Under the pieces are notes generated by a model, which was given only the letters and a program-made list of their open reading frames with translations, was not told the origin of the DNA and ran no database searches. 64,000 nt of DNA from Planctomycetaceae bacterium (GTDB taxonomy: Bacteria > Planctomycetota > Phycisphaerae > Phycisphaerales > SM1A02): contig CANLHK010000009.1 in assembly GCA_947490615.1 (NCBI GenBank), positions 18,846 to 82,845 of the forward strand, read 5' to 3'. Positions 8,820 through 21,566 of this stretch are shown piece by piece (the first letter of the stretch is position 1; every line of letters begins with the position of its first letter). The translations under genes and the position numbers were made by a program.

Positions 8820-11267
8820 ATGCGCATCGCGATCATCGCCGACACCTATCCGCCGCTGAAGATCTCAGGCGCGGTGCAGATGCGCGATCTCGTGCAGGAG
8901 TTTGCGGAGCAGGGACACGAGCCAGTCGTCATCGTTCCCGCGATCGATCTCGCCGAGCCGTGGCGGATTGAGCGGACGGGGAACATCACCGTCCTGCGCG
9001 TGCGCACGCCGCCGACCAAGCGGGTGAACTATGTGCGTCGCACCGTGAACGAGTGGTACTTGCCGTATTCATTGCTCCGAGCGATGGATGCCAGCGGGCT
9101 GCGAAAACTTCGATTCGACGGCGTCGTCTGGTATTCGCCGTCGATTTTCCTCGGACCGATTGTCAAGCGCTTGCGTCGCGAGAGTGGTTGTCGCAGTTAT
9201 CTCATTCTGCGCGACATCTTTCCGAAGTGGGCCGTCGATACGGGGCTGATGCGACGCGGTATCGCGTACTGGTTCTTTAAGATTGTGGAGCACGCTCAGT
9301 ACGAGGTTGCGGACACGATCGGTGTGCAGACCGAGGCCAATCGCCCCTATCTGTCGAGGTGGCTCATCAAGCGGGGGCGATCGCTCGAGGTGCTGCAGAA
9401 TTGGCTGAGCCCCGCACCTTCGGTGGGTTGCACCATCGATGTGTCGAAGACGATCTTGGCAGGGCGGAAGATCTTCGTTTATGCGGGAAACATGGGCGCG
9501 GCGCAGGGCATGGAGGTGTTCATTGAGCTCGCGGTCAGAATGCGCGATCGCCGCGACATCGGCTTTCTCTATGTGGGTGGCGGAAGCGACACGGCGCGGT
9601 TCGCCGCGATCGTTGAGCGTGAGGGTCTCGACAACACGCTCTTTCATAAAGAGATCGAGCCGAATGAGATCAGTGGGCTGCTCGAGCAATGCCATGTCGG
9701 CATCGTCGCGCTCGATCCACGGCACAAGTCGCACAACATTCCTGGCAAGTTCCTGACCTACATGCAGGCTGGCCTGCCAGTGTTGGCGCGCATCAATCCA
9801 CACAATGATCTTGAGGCGCTCATCAACGGTGAACGCGTGGGAAAGGTCTGTACGGGCGGCGACGCTGCCGTGTTGGAAGCGCTCGTTGAGGAGCTTCTCT
9901 CCGAGTTTGTTGACAACGCCGTGAATTTCGAGGGGGCTAGCGCGCGCGGTCGTGCGCTGTGGACACGGCTCTTCTCTACGAAGGCTGCCGTGGAGCAGGT
10001 GACGCGTGCATTGTCGGTGGAACCGAGCACGGCACCTGGCCCTGGCCGCAGCGTGCTCATCCTGAACCAATACTTCTATCCCGATGTGGCTGCGACAGCC
10101 CAGCATGCGTTTGATCTCGCGCGCTACTTGCACGCTCACGGCGACCGCGTTTCAGCTCTCGCGTCGCGGGGCACCTACAGCCACGCGGGCGGGAGGCTCG
10201 ATGCGAGAGAGGTCGTCGAGGGCATTCAGATTTACCGCGTGGGCAGCAGTGTCTTTCGCAAGCGCGGATTGTTGGCGCGGGCTCTCGATTTCACTGTGTT
10301 CAATGTGGCGGCGCTCGTGAAGGCACTCACGCTGCCGCGCCACGATGTGGTGATCTGTTTGACGACGCCGCCGTTCATCGCGTTGATCGGCGTCTGCCTG
10401 CGATGGGCCAAGGGGAGCAAGTTCATCTTCTGGACGATGGATCTCTATCCCGAGTTTCCACTCGCGGCGGGTGTCATCAAACAGGGGTCGCTGACCCATC
10501 GTCTCTTTGACTGGCTGGACCGTGTTTGTTTGCGGCAGGCCGATGGGGTCGTCGTCCTCGGGCGGTGCATGCGCGCCCTCGTGCTCGCCAAGGGCATCGA
10601 TCCCTCAAAGGTTACGACGATCACGCCCTGGGCTGATCCAGGTGAGATTGGTGGCGATCACGACGGAGTTGGTCGCAGCGAGAACAGCTATCGCGAAGAG
10701 TGGGGCATTGGTGACCGCTTCGTGATCGAGTACTCGGGCAACTGCGGCATCGGCCACGATGTGACCTCGGTCTGCGAGGCGATGTACCAGCTGCGCGGAG
10801 ACACCCAGATCTGCTGGGTCCTCGTTGGTGGCGGCCTCACTCGGCCGCGCATTGAGGAGTTCGTGGCCCAACATCAGATCACCAATGTGATCATGAAGCC
10901 GTACCAACCGCGATCGCGGCTCGGTGATTTGCTCTCCCTTGGCGATGTGCATCTCGTGCTCGTTGCTGATGGCTTCGAAGGCCTGCTCTTGCCGAGCAAG
11001 TTCTACGGCGTGATGGCTGCAGCGCGTCCGACCATTTATGTCGGACCCGCCGCGAGCGAGGTCGCACGGGTGATCGCGGAAGAGGAGTGCGGGTTTGCTG
11101 TTGGTAACGGCGACGCGGCTGGACTCGTCGACGCCATCCGTCGATTGCAGTTCACGCACGGTCTTGCGAAGGACATGGGCGCGCGCGGACTCACCGCCCT
11201 CGAGCGTGCCTACTCCACTCGCATCGGTTGCGCAGCGTGGCAGCAGACGATCCATCGCGTTGGATGA
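8820..11267 (+). CDS. fused tandem glycosyltransferase (two GT-B / GT4 WbuB-like modules in one 815-aa protein)
   Basis: Module 1 starts MRIAIIADTYPPLKISGAVQMRDL. Module 2 restarts after a Pro/Gly linker (EPSTAPGPG, about nt 10018-10050) with RSVLILNQYFYPDVAATAQHAFDLARYL. Each half ends with an E-x7-E-like GT4 C-terminal region. Confidence 0.75.
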   Translation: MRIAIIADTYPPLKISGAVQMRDLVQEFAEQGHEPVVIVPAIDLAEPWRIERTGNITVLRVRTPPTKRVNYVRRTVNEWYLPYSLLRAMDASGLRKLRFDGVVWYSPSIFLGPIVKRLRRESGCRSYLILRDIFPKWAVDTGLMRRGIAYWFFKIVEHAQYEVADTIGVQTEANRPYLSRWLIKRGRSLEVLQNWLSPAPSVGCTIDVSKTILAGRKIFVYAGNMGAAQGMEVFIELAVRMRDRRDIGFLYVGGGSDTARFAAIVEREGLDNTLFHKEIEPNEISGLLEQCHVGIVALDPRHKSHNIPGKFLTYMQAGLPVLARINPHNDLEALINGERVGKVCTGGDAAVLEALVEELLSEFVDNAVNFEGASARGRALWTRLFSTKAAVEQVTRALSVEPSTAPGPGRSVLILNQYFYPDVAATAQHAFDLARYLHAHGDRVSALASRGTYSHAGGRLDAREVVEGIQIYRVGSSVFRKRGLLARALDFTVFNVAALVKALTLPRHDVVICLTTPPFIALIGVCLRWAKGSKFIFWTMDLYPEFPLAAGVIKQGSLTHRLFDWLDRVCLRQADGVVVLGRCMRALVLAKGIDPSKVTTITPWADPGEIGGDHDGVGRSENSYREEWGIGDRFVIEYSGNCGIGHDVTSVCEAMYQLRGDTQICWVLVGGGLTRPRIEEFVAQHQITNVIMKPYQPRSRLGDLLSLGDVHLVLVADGFEGLLLPSKFYGVMAAARPTIYVGPAASEVARVIAEEECGFAVGNGDAAGLVDAIRRLQFTHGLAKDMGARGLTALERAYSTRIGCAAWQQTIHRVG

Positions 11268-11291
11268 AGCGCTCGCGCAGGCAACGCCATC

Positions 11292-11525
11292 TCACGCGCC
11301 CTCGTACCCGCGGCCAAGGTCGTACAGGTACCACGCTTCCACTTTCTGCCGCGCCCATGGAGTCTTGCGGAGATACGACAAGCTCGACTTGATGCTCGGG
11401 TCGTCGGTGAAGCAACGAATCCGAATGCGGGCGCCGAGCGCTTCCCAACCGTGGCGCTCGACGAGCTTGGTGAGCATCGATTCAAGCGTCACGCCGTGGA
11501 GTGGATTGTTGGGTTGCTTGGACAT
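11292..11525 (-). CDS. DUF2132 / VF530-family small protein
   Basis: 77 aa. [52 protein letters not shown] matches the pattern I recall for DUF2132. Confidence 0.7.
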   Translation of the reverse strand: MSKQPNNPLHGVTLESMLTKLVERHGWEALGARIRIRCFTDDPSIKSSLSYLRKTPWARQKVEAWYLYDLGRGYEGA

Positions 11526-11605
11526 CGGTTCGGTGCGAGGCGGTTCGATCGCGACGCGTCACGCTATCGGATTCGTGCGCCCCGCGGTGCGATCGCGTCG
11601 CCAAT

Positions 11606-11637
11606 GAAAAACCGAGGGCCGCGTACACGGCCCTCGG
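11606..11637 (-). terminator. rho-independent terminator for the 11688-12248 gene
   Basis: Minus-strand hairpin CCGAGGGCC-GUGUACGC-GGCCCUCGG (9-bp GC-rich stem, 11612-11637) followed by UUUUU (11607-11611). It sits 51 nt after the stop codon. Confidence 0.6.
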
Positions 11638-11687
11638 TCACAGGATGTCGATCTTCCGCGTGGCGTTTCCGCGCGCAACGAGGGTGA

Positions 11688-12248
11688 TCAGTAGGTCACG
11701 ACGCCATAGCGTCCAAGGATCGTCCCGAGGTCGATGGCATTCACGATGCCGTCACCATTGAGATCGCCGTAGAGCGGATTGCTGATGCCCCACCAGCCGA
11801 GCAGGATGCTCACATCCTGGCCGTCGATGAAGCCGTTGAGATTGAGATCGCCCATGGCGTACTCACAACTGTCGAGCACGCCGTCGCCGTCCCAGTCCAT
11901 CGCGCCAGCTGAAATCTGCGTGGAGTCGGGGACGCCGTTGCCATCGCAGTCAACACTGATGAGTGCGAGCGCGAGTGGGAGGTACGGACGGAACGGCTCT
12001 TCCGCGACCTTGGTCACTTCGGTCACCACGGTGTCAGAAGTTGCGGGCGCCCACGTTTGCGTCGCTTCAATCTTCTGTTCAACGACAGGTGCGGTCACGA
12101 GACTCGAGGTCGTATCAACGATTGCGCTCACTCGACGAGTCGAGGTGCTCACGGCTAGGGTCGAAGTTCCTCCGAGCGTTGCGTCGGCGACGACGGCGCT
12201 GAGAAGGATGGCGGTGGCGAGCTTGAGATTGCGGTGCTTTTCCAGCAT
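11688..12248 (-). CDS. secreted protein with Ca-binding DxDGNG repeats and C-terminal dockerin-like module
   Basis: ATG at 12246-12248 is preceded by GGAGAG; the track start at 12254 is a GTG. Signal peptide MLEKHRNLKLATAILLSAVVADA. Repeats DCDGNGVPDSTQI and DWDGDGVLDSCEY. C-terminal pair GDLNLNGFIDGQDVSILLGWWG / GDLNGDGIVNAIDLGTILGRYG. Confidence 0.7.
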   Translation of the reverse strand: MLEKHRNLKLATAILLSAVVADATLGGTSTLAVSTSTRRVSAIVDTTSSLVTAPVVEQKIEATQTWAPATSDTVVTEVTKVAEEPFRPYLPLALALISVDCDGNGVPDSTQISAGAMDWDGDGVLDSCEYAMGDLNLNGFIDGQDVSILLGWWGISNPLYGDLNGDGIVNAIDLGTILGRYGVVTY

Positions 12249-12803
12249 GGTCACTCTCCGAAATGTGGTGTGGCGCGCTGCGCGCCGTCTTCGATCGAAC
12301 CCACGAACAACGTGGATTGCCTACATCTGACTCTGTGCACCACCCGATTCGTAGGGGATGGGTCCGCTTCGACGCGCCCCGCATCCTGAAGCGGGAAGGC
12401 ACCTCACAGTCACTCTGACCAAGGTCGGGCGGTGCAGCGGGAGAGGCTACTTGGCGCTCTTCCGGCGCCGAGGGAGGCGAACACCCCATCACTGCCGAGT
12501 GCGCCGAGATTTTTCGGACGAGGTGGGCGCGCCTGTCCGTGGAGGTGAGAGCGCCGCCATCAGCGCACACAGACGCAGCCCATCGTGGTCGGCTGCGGGG
12601 TGCCGAATCGGCGATAGTGGTGGCGATCCGTCTTCCGTGCGGAAAGGTGTAAGACCTTGTAGGGGCTCCAGCTCGCCGTTGAGCTCGATCGAGCGGATGA
12701 GCGTCAAAGCACCGTGAGCACTCGAACTCCACGCGCAGCGCCTTGTGTCAGCATGGCACCCGCGGTACCCTCCCCGACCCTCCCGCGGCCAGTTTCGCGG
12801 GCT

Positions 12804-12879
<76 letters not shown>

Positions 12880-13011
12880 TTCAGCAGTACACGGCCAGGT
12901 GCCGAGGCAATCTGCATCTTGGGCTCGCCCTCGGTTTGACGAAGTGGCTCTGCCTGATCATGCCTCGGCTTGTCCTCGACGCCGCGAGACTCGGCGAACA
13001 AAGGAGCATGC

Positions 13012-13485
13012 ATGAAGCGAGTTGCGAGAATTGCTTTCGGGTTCGTGGCGTTGTGTTCTTTGTTGGCACCCGGCTGCGCATCGCGGTCGACGCACGAAAC
13101 GCCGGAGTACTACCTGTTCCGGCCCGCCGTCGAAAAGTTGTACGGCTACGCACATGCGGTCCGTGTCGGCAACGACATCAAGATCTCGGGTGCAGTCAGC
13201 ATGGATGATCAGGGCGAGCTCGTTGCGCCGGGCGATCTCGAACAACAAATGAAGAACTGCTACGGCGACCTCGCGAAGATCCTCGCCCACTTCGGCTGCA
13301 CGTTCGACGATGTGACAGTCGAGAACATCTACACGACCGACATGCAGGGCTTCATCAAGGTGGCGGCGTATCGCAACGAGCTGTACAAAGGCCGTTTCCC
13401 TGCGGGCACATGGCTGGAGGTCAAGGGGCTGGCGTTGCAGGGGCAGTTGATCGAGATCGACATGGAAGCTCGCATTAGCCGCTGA
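13012..13485 (+). CDS. RidA/YjgF/L-PSP family protein with lipoprotein signal
   Basis: ATG at 13012 is preceded by AAGGAG (13001-13006). Lipobox LLAPGC. The body (RVGNDIKISGAVSMDDQGELV...IEIDMEA) is typical of RidA. Confidence 0.8.
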   Translation: MKRVARIAFGFVALCSLLAPGCASRSTHETPEYYLFRPAVEKLYGYAHAVRVGNDIKISGAVSMDDQGELVAPGDLEQQMKNCYGDLAKILAHFGCTFDDVTVENIYTTDMQGFIKVAAYRNELYKGRFPAGTWLEVKGLALQGQLIEIDMEARISR

Positions 13486-13819
13486 AGAACTGAAGCGATG
13501 ACAATCTGTCGCTCGCCCTCCCACAGTTCAGAACACCTCGGAACCTGGTCGAAGCCCTCTTTCACGGTTTCGCGCTCGGCAAAAGCCGTGCTTTTGGCTC
13601 CCAGCCGCGTATCCCTTCGACAAAAAGTTCAAACCCCATCCCGTCACCCTGACTCAGCGAACTTGATGGCCTTGGCAACCGCCGAGGCCATCTGCGTTTG
13701 TTGGCCGTGTGCTTCGAGCAGATCTGGAACGAGCCCTGGACTGCTGGCTCGAGGACGATGTCGGTCAGGGCGTGACAGACGTCACTTGTGACAGAGTGCT
13801 GTCCCCGGAGTGATTCTGC

Positions 13820-14932
13820 ATGTTCACCATGCGTCGGCCCATTTTTGCACTGTTCGTCGTCGCGTCGCTTCACGCTTGTGCGCCGCGGGGGATGGCCCTG
13901 GATTCCACACTCGGGCCGCATGCGGGCGGTCACGCCTCGTCGATTGCGACAGGGGACACCGTCACCGAGATCGACAAGGCCATCTGGATCGTCTTTCAGG
14001 CCGCGGATGATGCCTATTGGTTTGGGAGTAATGGACAGGGTGTCTACCGCTCCGACGGACAGACCATCGTCCGCTTCGGGACTGAGCACGGGCTGAGTGG
14101 CAATCAGATCCGAGCCATTCAAGAGGATCGAGCGGGGAACATCTACGTCTGCAGCGATAGCGGAAGGAACGACGGAGCAGTCAGCAGATTTGATGGCCGC
14201 GCGTTTAGCACGCTGCCCGTCGCCGATCCGACGACGAGCGAGTGGAAACTGGGATCCGATGACCTCTGGTTCCCTGCAGGGCAGGATTCGGGCGCGGTGT
14301 TCTGTTGGGACGGTAGATCGCTGCACCGGCTCGCATTTCCCAAGACCGCGGCGGGTGATGCGCACTTCGCGGCGCTCCCGCGCTCGAAGTTCCCCAACGC
14401 CAAGTACAGCCCGTACGACGTGTACACCATCACGAGAGACTCCAAGGGCCGCCTCTGGTTCGGCACCGCCACCCTCGGCGCGTGCTGCTACGACGGGTCA
14501 TCCTTCGAATGGGTCGGCCACGCCGAGAATGGCAGTTTCGGCGTGCGCTCCATCGTCGAGGCGAAGGACGGCACCTTCTGGCTGAGCAACACGCTGAGTC
14601 GCTTCGCCGAGATACCGCACGCTGTGACGGATCCAAGCGCGACCGCGCCGCGCTTTCGCAAAGAACCAAGCTTCGCAACGGACGCCGACCCCTTCTCGGC
14701 TTTTATGTCAGCCGTCAAGGACAAGAACGGCGACCTGTGGCTCGCGACGCTCGGCGCGGGTGTTTGGCGTTACGACGGGACAGTGATGACGCACTACCCC
14801 GTCACGCACAACGGCGCCGCGATCTGGGTGTACTCGATCTACCAGGATCGGCACGGCGTCCTGTGGCTCGGCACGCAAGGGCATGGCCTGTACAAGTTCA
14901 ACGGCGAGGCCTTTGAGGAATTCAAGTACTGA
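13820..14932 (+). CDS. exported beta-propeller protein with two-component-regulator-propeller (Reg_prop)-like blades
   Basis: Signal/lipobox FVVASLHAC. Repeated blades of the type G..LWFGT..G...YDG (WFGSNGQGVYRSDG, LWFGTATLGACCYDG, LWLATLGAGVWRYDG, LWLGTQGHGLYKFNG). Confidence 0.65.
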   Translation: MFTMRRPIFALFVVASLHACAPRGMALDSTLGPHAGGHASSIATGDTVTEIDKAIWIVFQAADDAYWFGSNGQGVYRSDGQTIVRFGTEHGLSGNQIRAIQEDRAGNIYVCSDSGRNDGAVSRFDGRAFSTLPVADPTTSEWKLGSDDLWFPAGQDSGAVFCWDGRSLHRLAFPKTAAGDAHFAALPRSKFPNAKYSPYDVYTITRDSKGRLWFGTATLGACCYDGSSFEWVGHAENGSFGVRSIVEAKDGTFWLSNTLSRFAEIPHAVTDPSATAPRFRKEPSFATDADPFSAFMSAVKDKNGDLWLATLGAGVWRYDGTVMTHYPVTHNGAAIWVYSIYQDRHGVLWLGTQGHGLYKFNGEAFEEFKY

Positions 14933-15022
14933 GGATAGAGCGCGACAAGAGCGAAACGCTGGCGCGGAGTTGGGCAGGAGCCCGCACACGAACCGCGGGT
15001 TGCACACGCGGTGGTACTCGCC

Positions 15023-18472
<3,450 letters not shown>

Positions 18473-18492
18473 AGGGTTGGCGTGGGGACGCG

Positions 18493-19359
18493 TTAGCCCG
18501 CGGTAAGGCGGTTGATTCGAGTGCGTCTCGCACAGTGGAACAGGTCCATCGCACCACAGAGTTGGAACTTCACGAGGTCAAGGGGAAAGGAAGTCTCGAT
18601 GTTGGTGCGCTGGAGTTGGAGGCGATTGGTCCGTTGCGTGGTGACGCCGCTGCTGGTCATGAAGGAGTAGCGAAATCCCGCCTCGCGGATGAGTGCGGCG
18701 GCCGCTGCGGAGTAACTGACTTCTTCGCCGCCAACCCAGCAGAAGGTTGAGACCTCGATGCCGAGCCGCGACTCCATGGTGCGCTTTGCCTCGACGACTT
18801 GGCCGCGCATCTCTTCGAGCGGAACGCCCGCGGGCAGGCGTCGATGGTGCATAGTGTGACAGCCCACGACATGCCGCGCTGCGAGTGCGCGAAGTTCGGA
18901 CCATGACATGGCCAGTCGTCCGGCTGACATCGCTGCGCCCGCGCCGATCTCATGGCGCTGGGCGAACTCGTGCTGGGTTTCGTCAGGACAGTCGGCGAAC
19001 GCCGTGGGGATGAAGAACCACCCGGTGAACCCGTAGCGCTCAAGAAGAGGAACAGCGACCTCGAGGTTGCAGAGCAGTCCATCGTCAAAGGTGATGAGGA
19101 GGCCTGGTTTGTCGTGCGGCCAGACGCCAGCGGCGAAGAACGCGTCGAGGTCGGTCAGGCTCACGCCCACAAAGTGGCGCGCGAGAAATGCCAGCTGGTG
19201 AGCAAGGCGCGCCGCGTCGCACGCGGGTGTCGCGTGGTAGTTGATCGCGCGCAGAAACGCTGGACCGCGCAATCGCCGCTGGGCGCCGATCAATGCGTCG
19301 CTGACGGCGGTCTTGGAGAGCGCCGTGGCGAGCAGAGTCTTGATTCGGTAACCGAGCAT
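18493..19359 (-). CDS. polysaccharide deacetylase (NodB-homology) family protein
   Basis: NodB motif 1 LITFDDG, plus downstream His motifs (HTMHH). 288 aa. Its stop is 20 nt upstream of the carB start. Confidence 0.75.
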   Translation of the reverse strand: MLGYRIKTLLATALSKTAVSDALIGAQRRLRGPAFLRAINYHATPACDAARLAHQLAFLARHFVGVSLTDLDAFFAAGVWPHDKPGLLITFDDGLLCNLEVAVPLLERYGFTGWFFIPTAFADCPDETQHEFAQRHEIGAGAAMSAGRLAMSWSELRALAARHVVGCHTMHHRRLPAGVPLEEMRGQVVEAKRTMESRLGIEVSTFCWVGGEEVSYSAAAAALIREAGFRYSFMTSSGVTTQRTNRLQLQRTNIETSFPLDLVKFQLCGAMDLFHCARRTRINRLTAG

Positions 19360-19372
19360 GCGATGGCGCGAA

Positions 19373-19732
19373 CTAGAACATCACATAGACAAACGGAGAA
19401 ACATCCGACTCCTCGTGGTCAACGACCTTGGCTTGCTCACAGAGTCGACCAAGGCTTGGTGCGAGAGGGCAGAGCTCTGCGCAGCCGCGCTCAGTCCAGT
19501 ACTTCGTGATCTTGCTTGCGAAGTCGGCGCCATCGGTGCAGGTGAAGTCGGTGAAGTCCGACTTGCGCATGGTGGTATGGCGACGCTTGATGTAGTAACT
19601 CGCCGCGTTCGGATCGACTTCGGTGAGTCGCAAGGGCGAGCGGGCCGCAGCGAGTGCGCGACCCGCAGGCACCAACTCTTTGTCGAAGAACGCGCCGATT
19701 TCGGCGGATGCTTTGCCTTTAGTCGAGCTCAT
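19373..19732 (-). CDS. hypothetical small protein (119 aa, four Cys), no family recognised
   Basis: ATG at 19730-19732 overlaps the stop of the upstream carbamoyltransferase by 14 nt. Sequence is MSSTKGKASAEIGAFFDKELVP...CTDGADFASKITKYWTERGCAELCPLAPSLGRLCEQ...FVYVMF. Codon usage resembles its neighbours. Confidence 0.45.
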   Translation of the reverse strand: MSSTKGKASAEIGAFFDKELVPAGRALAAARSPLRLTEVDPNAASYYIKRRHTTMRKSDFTDFTCTDGADFASKITKYWTERGCAELCPLAPSLGRLCEQAKVVDHEESDVSPFVYVMF

Positions 19733-21566
19733 AGGTCTTTCTCCAGTTCTCATCGTCGGTCAGGGCGGGCTGTTCATGGCGCCAGACCAGGCAGTCTTCC
19801 AGCACCAGGAGATCCATTTCGGTGCGCATGAAGCATCGATAGGAATCTTGCGGCGTGCACACGATGGGCTCGCCGCGGACATTGAACGAAGTGTTCACCA
19901 GCATGCCACAGCCGGTCTGTCGCTCAAACTCTTTGATGAGTGCGTAGTAGGGCGGATTGCTCTCAGGCGAGACGGTCTGAATGCGCGCGGAGTAGTCGAC
20001 ATGGGTGATCGCGGGGACATCCGAGCGCGGTTGGTTGATGACCGAAAGCATGTCATCATCGCCGCCACGGAAGCGCGCCATGTCCATGGGCAGCTGCCGC
20101 TCCTTGCGAACGGGGGCGACGAGCAGCATGTAGGGACTCTCGCAGTCGATCTCGAAGAAGTCCTGGTTGCGCTCGACAAGAACCGCGGGCGCAAAGGGAC
20201 GGAAGGACTCACGGAACTTGATCTTCAAGTTCATGATCGATTGCGTGTCCTTGTTGCGCGGATCACCGAGGATCGAGCGAGCGCCGAGCGCGCGCGGACC
20301 AAACTCCATCCGCCCCACGCACCACCCGATGATCTTGCCTTGCGCGATGGCGCCTGCAACAGCCGTCATGCGCTGCGCGTCGTCGGTGATGCGGTGGTAG
20401 GGGAAGCCCTGCCGATCGAGATAGGCGCGCACCTGGTTGCTGTCGAAGCGCGGACCGAGCAGGCTCGCCTGTTGGCGATCGCGTGTGCCGACAGGCGGCG
20501 TGCGAGGCTCATTGAAGTAGACATGGTTGGTGATGAGCGCAGCGCCGAGCGCGCCGCCCGCGTCGCCTGCAGCGGGCTGAATCCACAGGTTGTCGAAGAT
20601 CTTGGCAGCCTGGAGCTTTCCGTTGGCGACGCAGTTCAGGGCGACGCCTCCTGCGAGCACGAGATTGCGCTCGCCTGTTTCCTTGCGGAGATAGCGCGCC
20701 GTCTTGAGCACGACTTCTTCGGTGACCTGCTGAATCGACGCCGCGAGATCCATTTCTTTGCGGGTGATCGCGCTCTCGGGCGCGCGGGGTGGTCCGCCGA
20801 ACACGCTGTGGAAGCGATCGTTCGTCATCACCATGCCATCGAGGTAGCCGAAGTGTTCGGTGCGCAATCGATACGAGCCATCGCTCCGCACATCGATGAG
20901 GTGATCGCGGATGAGCTGGGCGTACTTCGGCTCGCCGTAGGGAGCAAGTCCCATGAGCTTGTACTCACCGGAGTTCACCTTGAAGCCGCAGTAGTAGGTG
21001 ACGGCGCTGTAAAGCAGGCCGAGCGAATGCGGGTATTCGATCTCGCTGAGAATCTCGATCTGGTTGCCGCGCCCAACACCAAGACTTGTCGTCGCCCACT
21101 CGCCCACGCCATCCATAGTCAAGATCGCCGCCGATTCAAACGGCGATGGATAGAAGGCGCTGGCCGCGTGAGTCATGTGGTGCTCGGCGACGAGCACGCT
21201 TCCAGCCTTGCCGAGTGAACCAAGCGCGCGCTTCACATGATCGTTGAGCCAGATCTTGTGGCCGAGCATGGCGCTCGCGGCTTTGTCAAACTGCTCGCGC
21301 GCCGCAGGGCCGACGGTGAGCGCGTTGCGCAGCACGCGGTCAAACGACGCCACGGGGTTGTCGTAGAAGACGATCGCGTCGAGGTCGGACGCTTCCACGA
21401 AGGCTTCTTCGAGGCAGTAGTTGATGGCGTGTCGCGGGAAGCGTGGGTCGTGCTTCTTGCGGGAGAAGCGTTCTTCCTGCGCCGCGGCGATGATGACCCC
21501 GTCGCGCACGATGGCGGCTGCGGAGTCGTGATAGAAGGCGGAGATTCCGAGCACCGTCTTACTCAT
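19719..21566 (-). CDS. carbamoyltransferase (NodU/CmcH family)
   Basis: Internal ATG at 21564-21566. MSKTVLGISAFYHDSAAAIVRDGVIIAAAQEERFSRKKHD is the canonical family N-terminus. 615 aa. Confidence 0.85.
   Translation of the reverse strand: MSKTVLGISAFYHDSAAAIVRDGVIIAAAQEERFSRKKHDPRFPRHAINYCLEEAFVEASDLDAIVFYDNPVASFDRVLRNALTVGPAAREQFDKAASAMLGHKIWLNDHVKRALGSLGKAGSVLVAEHHMTHAASAFYPSPFESAAILTMDGVGEWATTSLGVGRGNQIEILSEIEYPHSLGLLYSAVTYYCGFKVNSGEYKLMGLAPYGEPKYAQLIRDHLIDVRSDGSYRLRTEHFGYLDGMVMTNDRFHSVFGGPPRAPESAITRKEMDLAASIQQVTEEVVLKTARYLRKETGERNLVLAGGVALNCVANGKLQAAKIFDNLWIQPAAGDAGGALGAALITNHVYFNEPRTPPVGTRDRQQASLLGPRFDSNQVRAYLDRQGFPYHRITDDAQRMTAVAGAIAQGKIIGWCVGRMEFGPRALGARSILGDPRNKDTQSIMNLKIKFRESFRPFAPAVLVERNQDFFEIDCESPYMLLVAPVRKERQLPMDMARFRGGDDDMLSVINQPRSDVPAITHVDYSARIQTVSPESNPPYYALIKEFERQTGCGMLVNTSFNVRGEPIVCTPQDSYRCFMRTEMDLLVLEDCLVWRHEQPALTDDENWRKTYELD

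Noticed and set aside
6629-10139. 380-aa (6629..7771) and 356-aa (9069..10139) minus-strand ORFs
   Set aside because: They are antisense to the CapE-like dehydratase and to the fused glycosyltransferase. No motifs; composition typical of shadow ORFs.
12743-12771. Sigma70-like promoter for tRNA-Pro (TTGTGT-17 nt-TACCCT)
   Set aside because: Spacing is ideal, but each hexamer matches the consensus at only 3 of 6 positions, and the promoter consensus of this lineage is unknown. This is too weak to report as a feature.
12354-12775. tmRNA (ssrA) gene, suggested by the 5' signature GGGGATG-N5-GCTTCGACG
   Set aside because: On this strand I found no T-arm (GGTTCGAnTCC), no complementary CATCCCC-ACCA 3' end and no circularly permuted acceptor piece upstream. 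None of the reading frames gives an Ala-rich tag ending in hydrophobic residues before a stop. The region is kept only as an unexplained-region finding.
13665-13702. Possible terminator hairpin GATGGCCT...AGGCCATC followed by a T-rich tract, downstream of the RidA gene
   Set aside because: It lies 180 nt after the stop, has a 12-nt loop and has only an interrupted U tract (CUGCGUUUGUU). It is plausible but not convincing enough to list as a feature.
19623-21218. 531-aa plus-strand ORF
   Set aside because: It is entirely antisense to the carbamoyltransferase gene, with a low-complexity Arg/Ala/Gly/Asp composition. This is a typical high-GC shadow ORF.
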